DNA of 64,000 bases, from contig CM060734.1 in assembly GCA_030704615.1 (NCBI GenBank), positions 9,796,001 through 9,860,000 on the forward strand, given 5' to 3'. The notes under the pieces are model-generated. The model searched no databases and was not told the origin of the DNA. It saw only the letters and a program-made list of their open reading frames with translations. How positions within the stretch are numbered: position 1 is the stretch's first letter; every line of letters begins with the position of its first letter. Origin of the DNA: Takakia lepidozioides (lineage: Eukaryota > Plantae > Bryophyta). Shown piece by piece: positions 1 to 11,981 of the stretch. The translations under genes and the position numbers were made by a program.

Positions 1-261
1 AAGGGTTTCGAGGGTTGTGGGCATACCCCTAAACAGATCCCTTGTTCTCTTGTTTGGACTGATCTCTATATATAATGTTGGAGTCATCGTATTTTGATCT
101 ATTTCTAGATATTCGTCGTGTTTGGCAGAGGCTTGTAAGAATATATCTCTCCATCTCTAATTTCTTTAGGGATGATTTCTTGCAACTTTTTTTTAGATGT
201 TCTTTGTTTCTCTTCATTACACATGTTCTCAGTTATGTTTTGCAAACGAAGTCGTTATCCA

Positions 262-3210
262 ATCTATGCCAAAAAAACAAACCAGGCTATAGCGATGCTC
301 CTCCTTGACTTTGAGAAGGCATTCGATAGAGTGGAATGGTCCTTTCTCCTTGGGGCCCTCCATAAGATCGGTATACCTCAAGCTTTCTGCTCGAAGGTCA
401 GAACACTATTGCTGGGATCTTCAAGCAGAGCTCTCCTAAACGGGCATCTCTCCAAATCATTCCCCCTCCTACGCTCAGTCAGACAAGGCTGCCCCCTCTC
501 CCCCTTCCTCTTCATCATAGCAGCGGATACGCTAGGCCATATGTTCCAAAAAAGCCAAAACATCCAAGGGCTTCACATCACCAACCATGTGACCAGACAA
601 CCTCAACAAATAAAGGAGTCCATGTTTGTGGACGATACCTTTCTGGCCCTGCAGGCCACTAAAACTAACTTGGATAATGCCAGTTCCGCCTTGCAGTCTT
701 TCTGTCAAGCCTCCGGTTTTAGGGTGAATTGGGGCAAAACATGCGGCTTGCTTGTGGGAGACACTTCAGCCTCAGCAATAGAGACTGACCCCACTTGGGG
801 CCAAGACAAAGGCCTAAGGTGGCTGAAGCCCGGAGAAACAACCACCCTGCTAGGTTATACCTTCGGGATTGACCTATCGGATCAGCAGATATTTGCGGCA
901 ACACAAGCCAAGCTAAGAAACAAGCTGGCATACTGGGGCTCCCAGCACCTGTCAATCACTGGAAGGGTGCTCATAGCTAATCAGATCCTCTCAGCGGGTC
1001 AATGGTACTTTGCCTCGGCCTGGAAACCCAACGCCACTCAGATCAAAGAAATGAAAAGGCTTCTGCGGAATTTTGTGTGGGGGCCAAGACACCCCGCAAA
1101 AAAAAGGCCTCAGATTGCGTGGAAGCAAATCTGCTTGCCAAAAAAGAAAGGAGGGCTGGGCATAATAGACCCAGAAACCCAGATCACGGCAATACTAGCT
1201 AAATGGATTCCGAGAATCTTGGGGCCAGAGGGAGGAGCCTGGAAACACCTCGTCTGTGATAACATGACACTCGCCTCGCCCCTGAAAAATGCCCCTTGGT
1301 TCCCTTCCCTTAGATGGATCACCAATGGATTCAAGCATAAAGTGAAAGGATCTTCCCTGTGGACATCCATCTGGCATGCTTGGTCCAAACTCAGACCACA
1401 CCTTATAAAATCGGCTCCTGATTCCTATGATGAAACCCTCCGCCAATTCCTTTTTCTCAACACAAACCCTGCACCGCAACAAAGAAACCAGGCTAGAAAA
1501 TGGTATGCATGGGACATCAGAGGGATTCGCCAAGTGAAAGACATCTGGAAGGAGGGGGCATTCATCCCGTCAGATGGAAGCCAAGGTAGGGAAAATCAGA
1601 GCAGCATCGTCTTATGAGACCTTACTGCAATCTTCATCTACACTTTGGATGCCCATTCTACAGCTAGGCCCATCGATACCTGATGCCAATTTCTGGACAC
1701 TAGGAATCATCAACAACACAATCACGATCATGTTTGTCACGGAAGCCAACAACCTCCTCTATAAGGGATACCTCTTTCATTGCGATACCAATACAATGAG
1801 GCTCACCCTCCAAAACAGGCTCCAAGGCTCCACACCTCGTTTCACTTACACCCCCATCAGAGTCTGCTGGTGGTCATCTCCCGCCAAGGAAATGAATCCT
1901 CTCCCGCCGCTCAATATACCACTGCTAGGCTGGCTGGCTACGCGGACATTTGTATGGATCTGTGGAAGACCTCTCCACGACCTTGATGTTGACCCCAAGG
2001 AATGGCAGTGGCGATTTCAACCCGCCCCAATGCCTTTTTTTGCCTTCAACACGAAGAAAGCATACAATGCCTTGTTGGACCCTCAACCCCTCCTAGGTAA
2101 ATGGAACGATCAATGGAGCCATCTGAACTTCCAAAACGAAAACTGGAAAACCATCTGGAGCACAATTTGGAACAAAACTAGACCGGCCAAGGTAGCAGCA
2201 TTCCTCTGGCACATAGCAAATAGGGCCCTAAAGGTGGGTGAATGGCTCGGATACAATGACGTACTGCTCTGTAAATGCTGCTCGGCCACGTTGATGGAGA
2301 CGGTCGAGCACTGCCTGCTCCACTGTCACGCACCCTCCGCAGTATGGCCTCTGGTTACCGAATTCTACCGGCAATGGGGACACATAACCCTATCTCCGGC
2401 TACAATACTCTTGAACTACAATCAGACAACTAAGACTAAAGCCCAGCATTGTCCAGTCTTTGACACTCTTTGAAGCACCACTCTCTGGCATTTGTGGAAG
2501 ATAAGGTGTGACAAATCCTTCTCTGGTAAGACAGCTATGACTTCAATGGTACTGGCTAAAATCTTCTTTGACATTCAAATTGAGGCCAGGAAAAGCTTGG
2601 ATAAAACTCTCTACAGATATCGAAAGAGCAAGATCAGACGAACAAGCAACCCAGCTCCACGCTACCTTTGCAAGGACTTGGGGAAGAGAGGGGGTTATCT
2701 GCTACTGCGCCTCCCCTGCACACTGCGAATGGAATAGGCGGCCTCCGAGGGCCTGGAGGGAAGTCCGTGGTACCGTCCACCGCCACGCCGGAGTTTGACA
2801 GGGATGTCAACTGGAAACACCTTAAGCAGTCATCAAAGATATCCAGGCTCAATTTCCACTAATCATTCGAGCACTCAGAGCCTTAATTACGACCAAACAG
2901 GGCTACCTTCTTCAACCACAAATACCCACATCTGGCAGCATTCCTTTCACAGTTTATCTCGCAGATTGGGTAGTAATATGACAACGGAATAGTTTCGCTA
3001 CAAAGGCCTCGGGCCTACATAGTTCGTTCATGCTCAGTTTAAGAGTTTCGGTCCTAAGTCACTGACTACGGTGTGTGTGCCTTATGGCGTATTCCGAGGG
3101 TTTAATTTTTTCCCTCCAAATAATCTTGTAAGGGCTATGCCCACCAAAATATTTCAGAATAAAGTTAATCACGAATCTCCCTGTTAACCGAAAAATAAAT
3201 AAATAAAATC
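262..3210 (+). mobile_element. 5'-truncated L1-clade LINE (ORF2: RT plus zf-RVT region), frameshifted, with A-rich tail
   Basis: ORF 172-1617 has the RT motifs LLDFEKAFDRVEW, SVRQGCPLSPFLF and MFVDDT. ORF 1574-2473 has FLW...CKCC..ETVEHCLLHC (zf-RVT). In-frame stop at ~2471, then LWHLWKIRC. Tail AAAATAAATAAATAAAA at ~3191-3208. Possible imperfect TSD aatcta(t)gcc at ~261 and ~3207. Confidence 0.9.
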
Positions 3211-3829
3211 TAGCCTATTTGGGATGGGACTTTTTAAATATATCATATCTATCATTTAAAATTAAATATTTGGATAAATTCCCTCAATTTGAGGTACCTA
3301 TATAGACTTTCATGGAGGAAAATTTTGCCTCTTTTGGTCCACCGTACCTTGTAACTGCCCACCTCACTTGGCACATGGAACCAAATGAAGTCCCAATGCC
3401 CACCAAATACAAATATAAATGTATAAAGTCTTAATTAGCTAGAAATAACTATTTCTAACTATTCACAAACAAAACCATGACAGCTGTCGTGCACCTAAGC
3501 ATCGTGCCACAACACACATCGCTGTCCAACCACATTTCCTAGCATATAGTCCTAGAAAGCTATGCCACAATCGCCCCCCTAGTTGGTGATTAGGTCCTCT
3601 AACACCGGATAGCTGGCAAGTATCCTCCCCAATAAGATCATCGTTTGGTCTTCAATCGCACAAGTCCCAGAGTTTGAAGTCGATAGAATAAGAGGCCGGG
3701 TGCAAAAGTAGCCCCATCGTTAGTCGCCTTCCTGCAATCCAGGGTTTTTAGTCGAGTATCCATGGCGTTGAAGCCCCACCAGCTAGATCTTGGATCACTT
3801 GTCCACCTCACCATTTGTCATGCCCACTA

Positions 3830-4165
3830 CCTCTGTCCAATGCATCGTGGGCAAAACCATTCTCCGATAAGATACTCCTCAAGTGGCAGTGTAAAGTATC
3901 ACATGTGTCACCCCCTTGTGCATTTATCACACACCAGCATGGTTGCGGCACCACCAGCATGCCCACATAGCATGCAATGCAACCCTGCAGGTACCACTGC
4001 AAGGTTGGGATCTATCCTCTCATCCACATGTGGAAGGTGACATGGCACACACTTGCGCACATGGTCCTGAACCATACCATGCCATCTCGACACTCCATAA
4101 TCAATACTCCTAAAGGCAACACCTCCTTGACCTCTAGAATCACACGTCTTGCTGTGACATCCATG
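3830..4165 (-). pseudogene. Gypsy integrase C-terminal tail ending in a PHD finger (element A fragment)
   Basis: Minus strand reads DVTARRVILEVKEVLPLGVLIMECRDG..QDHVRKCVPCHLPHVDERIDPNLAVVPAGLHCMLCGHAGGAATMLVCDKCTRG*HM*YFTLPLEEYLIGEWFCPRC. This is a C4HC3 PHD pattern with two stops and one Cys-to-Tyr change. A PPT-like AGGGGGCGA then TGTGG follows on the minus strand near 3570. Confidence 0.8.
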
Positions 4166-5602
4166 CACCACCGCCTTCATTTCCTTCTCATGTGTCGGCC
4201 ACTGCCTCTCCATCTCATTTAGTTTCTTACTTTTGTAAGTCAGTGGACGCCCATCCTGTATCAGCACACCCCCAATCGCGAAGTCCGACGCATCTGTCTG
4301 AATCTCAAACGGACGGTCAACCTCCGAAATCTTCAAGACTAGAGCCTCTGCCATCCGCTGCTTCAATTCGGCAAATGCTTGGCCACAAAAGGTGTTCCAC
4401 ACCCATACCTTGGATTTACACAAGAGGTCTGACAGCGACCCCGCGATCTTGGCGAAATTCCTCATACTTTCGGTAGTAGGAGGCGAGTCCCAGAAATGAT
4501 CGCACCCCCGGGACCGAAGTCGGAGGCTCCCAGTCCAAGATCACCCTCACCTTTTTGTCATCCATTTTGAAAAATTCGTACGAACCATACTTGTCCTGCA
4601 TGTTGTCTTTTCCTAATCTCTTCCGCTATCCGAATCTGGTGGTAACCTGAGCGCAAATCGATCCGGCTGAAATACTTTGCTCCTGCCAACCGATCGAAGA
4701 GGTCGTCAATCCTTGGCAAAGGGCACCGGTTTTTTATAGTCACCTTATTCAGAGCCCTGTAATCGACACACATCCGTAGCGTCCCATCCTTCTTATCTGC
4801 AAATAGTACCGGGGCTCCGTAAGGTGACTTACTCGGCCGGATGTACCATTTTGCCATTAGATCCTTGAGCTGCGCCTTCAGCTCGACCAACTCTCTATCG
4901 CTCAACCGGTAGGAAGCCTTAGCAGGTGGCTTCGATCTCGGCATCACCTTATCTTGTGATCAACCCCTCTTCGAGGTGGCAAGCCGCTCGGTAAATCCTC
5001 CGGCATCACATCCTAGTATCCATTTGGGCTCGGCTCCCTATTGACTTTTCCTTCCACTTGCCTCACGTAAAGCAAAAACTCGGGCTCGTGTGGCTCCTCC
5101 ACGGCCCACTCCCTAGCCGTTAGCAGGTTTATTTGCCCTCCCACTCGGTTGGGCGTTTCCGATGTTTTTAAAACTTCGCTACCATTCCCACACGGCAGCG
5201 TGACTACCCTCTTGCGGCCATCTATGACCGCTCCGGATTTGCTCAAGAATGACATCCCCAAAATGAGATCCACTCCATCGATCTCGCATATAGTGAAGTT
5301 CTCACGCCCCTCCTAACTCCCTAGCCGAAGAGGGACGTCGAACGCCACCCTCGTCGCTAGTTGTGGTTCTCCCTTGGCAGAACGCACTTCAATAGAGGCC
5401 CCCACGTCACTCGGGAGTCCCAATTGAATAGGATGGCTCTAACCTAACAGCTGTCAATTGCTGGTACGATCGCCACGCAACAATTAATAAACCTAACTGT
5501 CTTTCATAGCTGATTTGATCTGTCGGCTGAAACAAACGGCGACACCCCTATCTACTCATGATGACCTTGTACCACTCGTAGTACTACCCCCCCCGCCCCC
5601 CG

Positions 5603-5794
5603 GTCGCGCACCTCACTTTGGTAACTCCCCCTTTAAGTCATAGTTATTCACTTCGATGCACGCGCCTAACTCCCAAACTGGCCGCCGGGCCAACTCGGAG
5701 CTTCTGGCTGCTCACCGGGGCATAACGGTCCCCCTTTGCTCCTCCACGAGACCCTTGCACACTTTGGGCCTAGTGGAAATTCCTTTTGGTTGTT
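5603..5794 (-). repeat. Partial LTR copy of the chromovirus family, inserted into its own protease together with ~190 bp of unrelated DNA (about 5416-5602)
   Basis: gtcgcgcacctcactttggtaactccccctttaagtcatag... matches 8217-8405. The protease frame is cut after HSFMTPATAR and resumes near 5415. Confidence 0.8.
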
Positions 5795-6328
5795 CCGTGC
5801 CGTTGCCGGTGTCATGAAGGAGTGCGACGCTCCTGTGTCGACCAACAATGACACGTTAGTTCCGGAAATTACACCGCTAACGAACATCAACTGACTTCCT
5901 TTATGCAAAGCTCCCGTCTCCTGCTATAACTCACAAGAGTAGTTGCCTACCTTGCAAGTCTTGGCGACCACCGCCTCCACCAAGTGTCTGATGGAGTCTT
6001 CGGACAGCTCCGTGGTCGCCCGGGTCATGTTCAGCTGTCGGGGTTTCGGGCATCTTTTGGCCATGTGCCCGGTCTCCCCGCAATTGAAACACGCCCCATC
6101 AAAGGTCGCCTTCTGCCCGCCATGAGCCGTCGCACCCGATTTTTCTTTCGAAGCACCGGGTGCCGTCTTGACATGTGAAGGCCCTCCCTTTGATTTCCAT
6201 GAGCCATTGTTGCCGCTTGGCTTATCCCACTTCTTTTCCCCCTAGGGACATCCGAGAAACATTCAGCCCTTTCAATTGCCTTGTTCAAAGTCTTCGGTGG
6301 CCTCTCCTCCAACTTCTGCCTGGCCCAT

Positions 6329-7433
6329 CCTCGGCACTATGTCCCAAGCCCTTTCAAGATAGTGCCGCGGGCCCGGGCTCCCGTCCTCATGCCCGGCCTA
6401 GCTTGTTCTTGGCTCCCTGCCACGTCAGCTCTTCCTGATCGCTGCCTTGCCTTCTAGCTAGCTCCCTGCCACGTCGCGAAGTAGCTAGATTAGATCTAGA
6501 TGTCAAACGAGATACCGTAATCACAACTTTGGGCTTAAGCAGAGCCCGCGAGGAAAAATGATAAGTAGTTTCTGCCATCCGAGCTGCCATCTAGACTGGG
6601 TTGTTGGGTGAAGCAAAGTTTGTTTGCAAGCAGGGTGCAGGCTATTGGAACCCATCTTAGTTGTAACCCATCAAAGTTCAAGCTGTACATCGCCTTGGGA
6701 GTCAGCCCTCGGGATCAAGCTTGTCAAATAAGGTAATCGACAATTCCGCTGCAGGTACCAATGAGATGAAAACACTGGTCAAACGTAGAAGGGACGGGAC
6801 GGTTGGACCTCGGTTGGTATGATCGATCTAATTCCTGGAGAGTGCAATGTCAAATTCGGGGCCATCACCCTTTCTGGTCCAAGTCCAGACTCCAAACACC
6901 TTGAACATGAGGTCAATGGACTAACAGAGATGCGGACGTCCAGATTCATAGTGCACAGCTTGTGAAATGAGAGCTACTGATACACATCCATCCTGCACGT
7001 CTGACTTATCACACTCTCTAACTCGGAAAAGTAGTAAAACCCTCTAAAGCTGGTCTTCCTCCAGATCTAAGTGACATATCTGTTCACGACTAACTGGTCG
7101 AAGAAATGCAGAGACTTCGTGTTGTTGAAAATGAGTGCTTCAGAATAAAATGCTTGTAGATCCACGGGTAACCGGTTTTTCTTCAAGCCAGTGTGTTGGC
7201 TTCCATCACTGCCTCCTTATACTGGGACCCAGACAACAGTAACCTCCTACACTAACCTACTCCAATATGATCGCCCCAGTGTTCGGGCTCCGCGGGCCAG
7301 CAAGAGCGCTGGGAGCGCGTCGCGGGAAGAGCTGACCTGGCAGAGGGGCCAGCCAGCAGCCCAACCCGGGCATGAGGACGGGAGCCTGGGCCAGCGACAC
7401 TATCCTAAAAAGGCTTGGGACATAGTGCCCAGG
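6329..7433. mobile_element. Non-autonomous Mutator-like (MULE/Pack-MULE-type) element
   Basis: About 110-bp imperfect TIRs (CCTCGGCACTATGTCCCAAGCC... / ...GGCTTGGGACATAGTGCCCAGG). Perfect 9-bp TSD CTGGCCCAT at 6320-6328 and 7434-7442. Removing it restores gag ..GLAPWARQKLEERPPK. Confidence 0.88.
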
Positions 7434-8200
7434 CTGGCCCATGGGGCCAGTCCCGCAACAAAATTGAAGACCATCTTTGGTTCCGCCATGTCCGCGACTT
7501 CGAGCAACAGCACATTGAAAGCCTGAACATAGCCCCGAATGTCATCTGTTTGCCTCAAGTTCCTCATCTTGTCTCAGGCGAGCCAGGACGCGTTGAGGGG
7601 CACAAATTATTTTTTCATGAGTTCCTTGAACCCACTCCAGCTCAAGGTCTCTCGGTTTGGCCCTTGGTCATGAAGGCGTTTCTGCCACCATTGTTGAGCA
7701 TAGCCCCTCAAGTAGGTGGGTGCCACTTCCACCCGGTCCTCGTCACTCAAATTGACCGCCCGAAAGTACTGCTCTAGCTCTAGGAGCCAAGTATTGAGTG
7801 CCTTCCGATTTCGGACGCCCTCGAAGATGCCGGGTTCCTTAGGCTGAACACCTTAAACTTAGCCTTTGTGGAAGTGGCGTTGGCCGCCTTCATTACGTCC
7901 TTTAGTGTCCCGCCAAACTGCGCCAAAAGCCCTTCCCAAAAAGCTGTTGGCATTGGAGGCATCTGTTGGTCCATCGGAGTCTTTGGAAGGTCCTCAGGCT
8001 CCGACTCCCCAGACGCCTCTGGCTCCCGAGTGGCCTCACCTTCAGAAGCATAACTTGTCTCCTCAAGTTGCCGCTCCGGTGACGCGTCGCCCCCACCGGA
8101 CTCACTAGGTTCATCGGCTTTCGGGTCATTCCGCTTTTGCTTAGCCCTGCCCGACCCCATGGTGAGGCCGATCTCAAGGACGATCGCGTACTAAACACTA

Positions 8201-8213
8201 GGCTCCGATACCA
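8201..8213 (-). promoter_or_regulatory. Primer binding site, tRNA-iMet type
   Basis: Minus strand TGGTATCGGAGCC lies 2 nt after the LTR end; the canonical sequence is TGGTATCAGAGC. Confidence 0.85.
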
Positions 8214-8215
8214 AG

Positions 8216-8934
8216 TGTCGCGTACCTCACTTTGGTAACTCCCCCTTTAAGTCATAGTTACTCGGTTCGATGCGCGCCTAACTCCTAAACTGGCCGCCGG
8301 GCCAACTCGGAGCTTCGGCTGCTCACCGGGGCATAACGGTCCCCCTTTGCTCCTCCACGAGACCCTCGCACACTTTGGGCCTAGTGGAAATTCCCTTTGG
8401 TTGTTGGCAGTCCGGAATAGCTCCCCACACCTTGGTCACTTTCCGGCTCGCACGCTTACTCACTAGCTTTTGGTCACCAACGGGCTTGCACCAGGGGTTA
8501 CCATTCCCTATATATACTTCTGTAGGTGTCCGCGGGGGTTCCACAAACAGCCAAGTCCAAATCTGGTGCACCACCACCTCGACCCTTGACTCCCTGTGAT
8601 GAGTCGCGGTGAGTCTTGGCCCACCCACCACGGCCCCAAATGGACCGTGGTGAGTCCCAAGACTCCCCACATCTTCCACCAGAAGGCCTCAGCCTCATGG
8701 TGTGTCCTATGCCACCCCCACTACGACTCCCTAAGCTACCACCACCCCTTGTGGAGCCCCCCCATCGCAACCCGGTTTTCGGGGCTCCACCTAGTGAGCG
8801 CCTCCGCCTCCTTGAGTGCCTTCGGCACTCAAGGGTGATTCAACTCCCTTTCCTATTTGCTGCCGCTGCCCCCACCAGAGGGGCAGCCCCTCTTGTGTCC
8901 CGACCCCCCGCCCTCAAGGCAAAGGGCCGCGACA
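8216..8934 (-). repeat. 5' LTR (~720 bp) of the chromovirus
   Basis: TGTCGCG...CGCGACA inverted termini, adjacent PBS, and homology to 60767-61492. Confidence 0.92.
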
Positions 8935-9444
8935 CATTCTCAACCTCTTCAAAAACCTTGGTCACCTTGGCCTTCAACTGATCATACGTGTATGGCTCTT
9001 CTCACTCCTCATATTGCTCCTTGAGAGATCCAATGACTCTCTCTCTTTCCGCATCTCATCCCACATCTGTCATGGGTGTTTGCACCCCACGATCCTGTAT
9101 TTGCCCCCACTCACTACCTCAACCGTCCCGGTTGGCAGGGAGGATGCACCATCCAATGGGAGTGACGAAGTAGCCACAAATGTTTGCAATCTCCGTTACT
9201 CAGCCATGCATAAGCCAATGACCCATGTCAAGCAATTTAGATCCATTGCTTGACCCAGCACATGTCGGCGTGATGCCTCTGACAGAACTGGCACAGCTGT
9301 AGTGCCCGTAGCAAACCCTATTGCCCGCTCTCGCTCATCCGCATTGAGCTTCACCAATTGTTGTAGCACACTATTCCAAATCAACCCAGGACCATTGTCT
9401 CGAAAAGCATGAGGCGAGGGAAAACTCATGAGCGTAGGTAAGGC
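8935..9444 (-). pseudogene. C-terminal half of a C5 cytosine DNA methyltransferase in retrotransposon context (element A fragment)
   Basis: ORF 9196-9471(-): ALPTLMSFP..NADERERAIGFATGTT..LSEASRRHVLGQAMDLNCL. This fits the TRD 'PTL', motif IX (E.ER..GF) and motif X (R...LG.A) of C5-MTases. Motifs I-VIII are missing at the 9445 junction. Confidence 0.75.
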
Positions 9445-9629
9445 CCCAGTTATCAGCGTCACGTCCGTCAATCAGCGTCACGTTACATCAGACCTGACGC
9501 TGACGGGACCTTTGTCACGTTAGGTTCCGGAAATATTCTAGTAAAAAAAGTACTAGGTAAAATATTGTCACTTAAGCAGCCACGTCGCCGACATGGTGGC
9601 GGTGGCAAACACATTTTGAAAAATAATAA

Positions 9630-10590
9630 AATGAAAGCGACCGCCAAATTTGGCGGTCGCTTCATATTTCAAAATATATTTTAAAAAAAAAGCGACCGTC
9701 ATATTGGCGGTCTCTTAATTGTTTTTTAATTTTAAACAAGATTGGCGGTCGCATTAGCGGTTGCCTAATTTTTTTTTTAAAAACAGCGACCTCCGTAATG
9801 GCGGTCGAATAATTTTAAAAATATATAAAAAATAAGCGACCCGCAATAGGCGGTTGCTTAATTTTAATTATATATATATGAAACCAAGCGACTGCCAATA
9901 TGGCGGTCGCTTAAATATACAAATATATTTTAAAAAAACCAGCAACCGCCATAATTTGGCGGTCGCTTGTTTTTAAAAATATATAAAAAAACCAATGACC
10001 GCCATAAAGGCGGTCGCTTTATTTTTAAAATATAAAAATATAATTGACAAAAAAAAAACGACCGCCACACCGAACGGTCGCTTATTTTAAAAATAAAAAA
10101 TAATGGCGACCGCCAAACTGGGCGGTCGCATAAATTTAAAAATATATGAAATAAAATCGACCGCCACACTGGCGGTCGCATAAACTTAAAAATATAAAGA
10201 TTGAACGCGACCGCTGTACTGGTGGTCGCTGTATTTTCAAAATATTAAGAATAAAAGCGACCACCGTCTTGGCGGTTCCTTTTTTTATTATTATATAAAG
10301 AAATAAAGCGACCGCCATATTTGGGGTCGTGTCATTTTTTTATTTTTTTTAAAAGCATCATAATAAATATAAGCGACCGCAATACCGACGGTCGCATTAT
10401 ATTTGGAAATAAAAAATAATAGCGACCGCCATACGGGAGGTCGCTTAAATTTAAAAATATACAAAATAAAAGTGACCGCAATATTTTTGAAAATCAAAGG
10501 AAATAAAAGCGACCGCCGCAATATTGGCGGTCACTTGTGTTTTATAAAAAATAAAAATAGTGACCCCAGTATGAGCGGTCGCTTAATTTT
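9630..10590. repeat. Array of ~18 GCGACCGCC-(N2-8)-GGCGGTCGC hairpins separated by A/T tracts (~50 bp period)
   Basis: Directly visible, e.g. aagcgaccgccaaatttggcggtcgctt at ~9635. Confidence 0.95.
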
Positions 10591-11059
10591 AAAATTATAA
10601 CAAGTATGGTTGTACCGCCTTTTTTGGGTGGGCGCTATTGGTCGGTCATATTTTCATTTCATTTCACTTTCATCCTTCCTGGAGCGTATATAAGGGAGGA
10701 GGGTCACCAAGCTCCTCACTTCTTTTGGCGCAAACACTTGAGGTTGCTTTGGATATTCTCTTCCATTGAACGAGAGTGTAGCCCTTACCATGCTCTTTTG
10801 GAGAGATGTCTTACTTTTCCACCATAGCTTTCCCAGGTAGAATACTTGAGGTGTGCACCTTTTGCCATTGTGGCTTCCACCAAAGCCAATTCAGTAGGTT
10901 GTGTATAAGCTCAATACTACAACGTGCATCGACCCACTTGGGTTGGTGACAGGTGTAGAAGTGTTGGGTTGTTGCATTGCACTCTACATTCACAGTTTCA
11001 TATATAGGTCACTGTTTTTTGTTGCTTACATCACTAGGGCCCAGGGGAGTGGATATTGG

Positions 11060-11981
11060 GTAAAGATGAGGAAGGAATGGAGCCCTTGGTATACAGTAAT
11101 CCCGAACACTGTCAGTGTCACTGAAACTGTTGGGTGCAACCTATGTGCACTGCAGCTTTCTTATCGTAAGGATCGGCTGCTCGCTCACCTCGGCTATAGA
11201 GATGTGAAGAGCAATGTGGTGGGTTTATGCCCTAAAGCATCTATGCGGGTAAAAAGCCACTTTGTTAGTGTAGAGGCAATATTCCAATGTCTCTGGATCT
11301 GGACACGACCTCTGAGCAGAACACTCCATCTTCCCGTCAGGATGCCCCGATTAGTTACCAAGGGGATTTTTGTGAGGCTTCAGGTGTCCTTGGACAAGTG
11401 GGTTGTTCCGGAGCAACACCTGCTTCAACACCTCTTTATACCCCTACACTTCAACGGAGTAGAGGATTACGGCAGCAATCCATGCAGGAAGGTCTTAACT
11501 TGTCTACGAAAAGGCAGTTGGATAAAAAATGGGCGCAGTTTTTCTTTGAGGGCAACATACCGTTTAATGTGATAAGGCTTCCGGCATTTGTTTTTGCCGT
11601 TAGAGCAACCTCGGAGTCCAAATCCACGTATGTGCCTCCTTCTTATCACAATCTCCGCACAAGATTGCTAGAAGACGCCATGACAGAGCGATATGACGGG
11701 CGAGTCTGTGAGAAAATATGGAAGCACTATATGTGCCGATGGATGGAGTTCTGTTACAAACAGACCATTGTTCAATGTCATGCTCGTATGTCCAGCTGGG
11801 GAACAGTTCTTGGGATCGGTGGACACTAGTAGCGAGAATAAATATGGACGTTATCAATGTGGGCTATTGACGGACTTCATCGATCAGGTCGGAAGTGATA
11901 GAATCGTGCAAATATGCACGGACAATGCCGCTAACATGAGGAACACTATACATGTTATTGGCACGATATCCCCACATGTAC
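11060..11981 (+). pseudogene. hAT-family transposase fragment (BED finger plus DUF659 region), frameshifted and truncated
   Basis: CNLCALQLSYRKDRLLAHL; KWAQFFFEGNIPFNV..F; PPSYHNLRTRLL; GSTICADGWSSVTNRPLFNVML; IVQICTDNAANM; ARYPHMY, cut at 11981. Confidence 0.85.

Larger units (their letters stand above)
4166..8934 (-). mobile_element. Truncated chromovirus-type Ty3/gypsy element: 5'LTR-PBS-gag-PR-RT-RNaseH
   Basis: LTR at 8216-8934 and Met PBS. gag 8160 to ~5990 with CCHC (CFNCGETGHMAKRC). Protease LVDTGASHSF (5666-5908) and [53 protein letters not shown], with the YxDD region deleted at ~4570. RNase H IQTDASDFAIGGVL. Integrase and 3'LTR are absent. Confidence 0.9.

Noticed and set aside
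3908-4465. Genuine RNaseH-PHD fusion protein
   Set aside because: The ORF crosses a deletion junction at ~4165 between two different elements, and both halves are decayed.
9630-10590. CRISPR-like array
   Set aside because: The repeats vary in their loops, the spacers are low-complexity A/T tracts, there are no cas genes, and the context is a eukaryotic TE nest.
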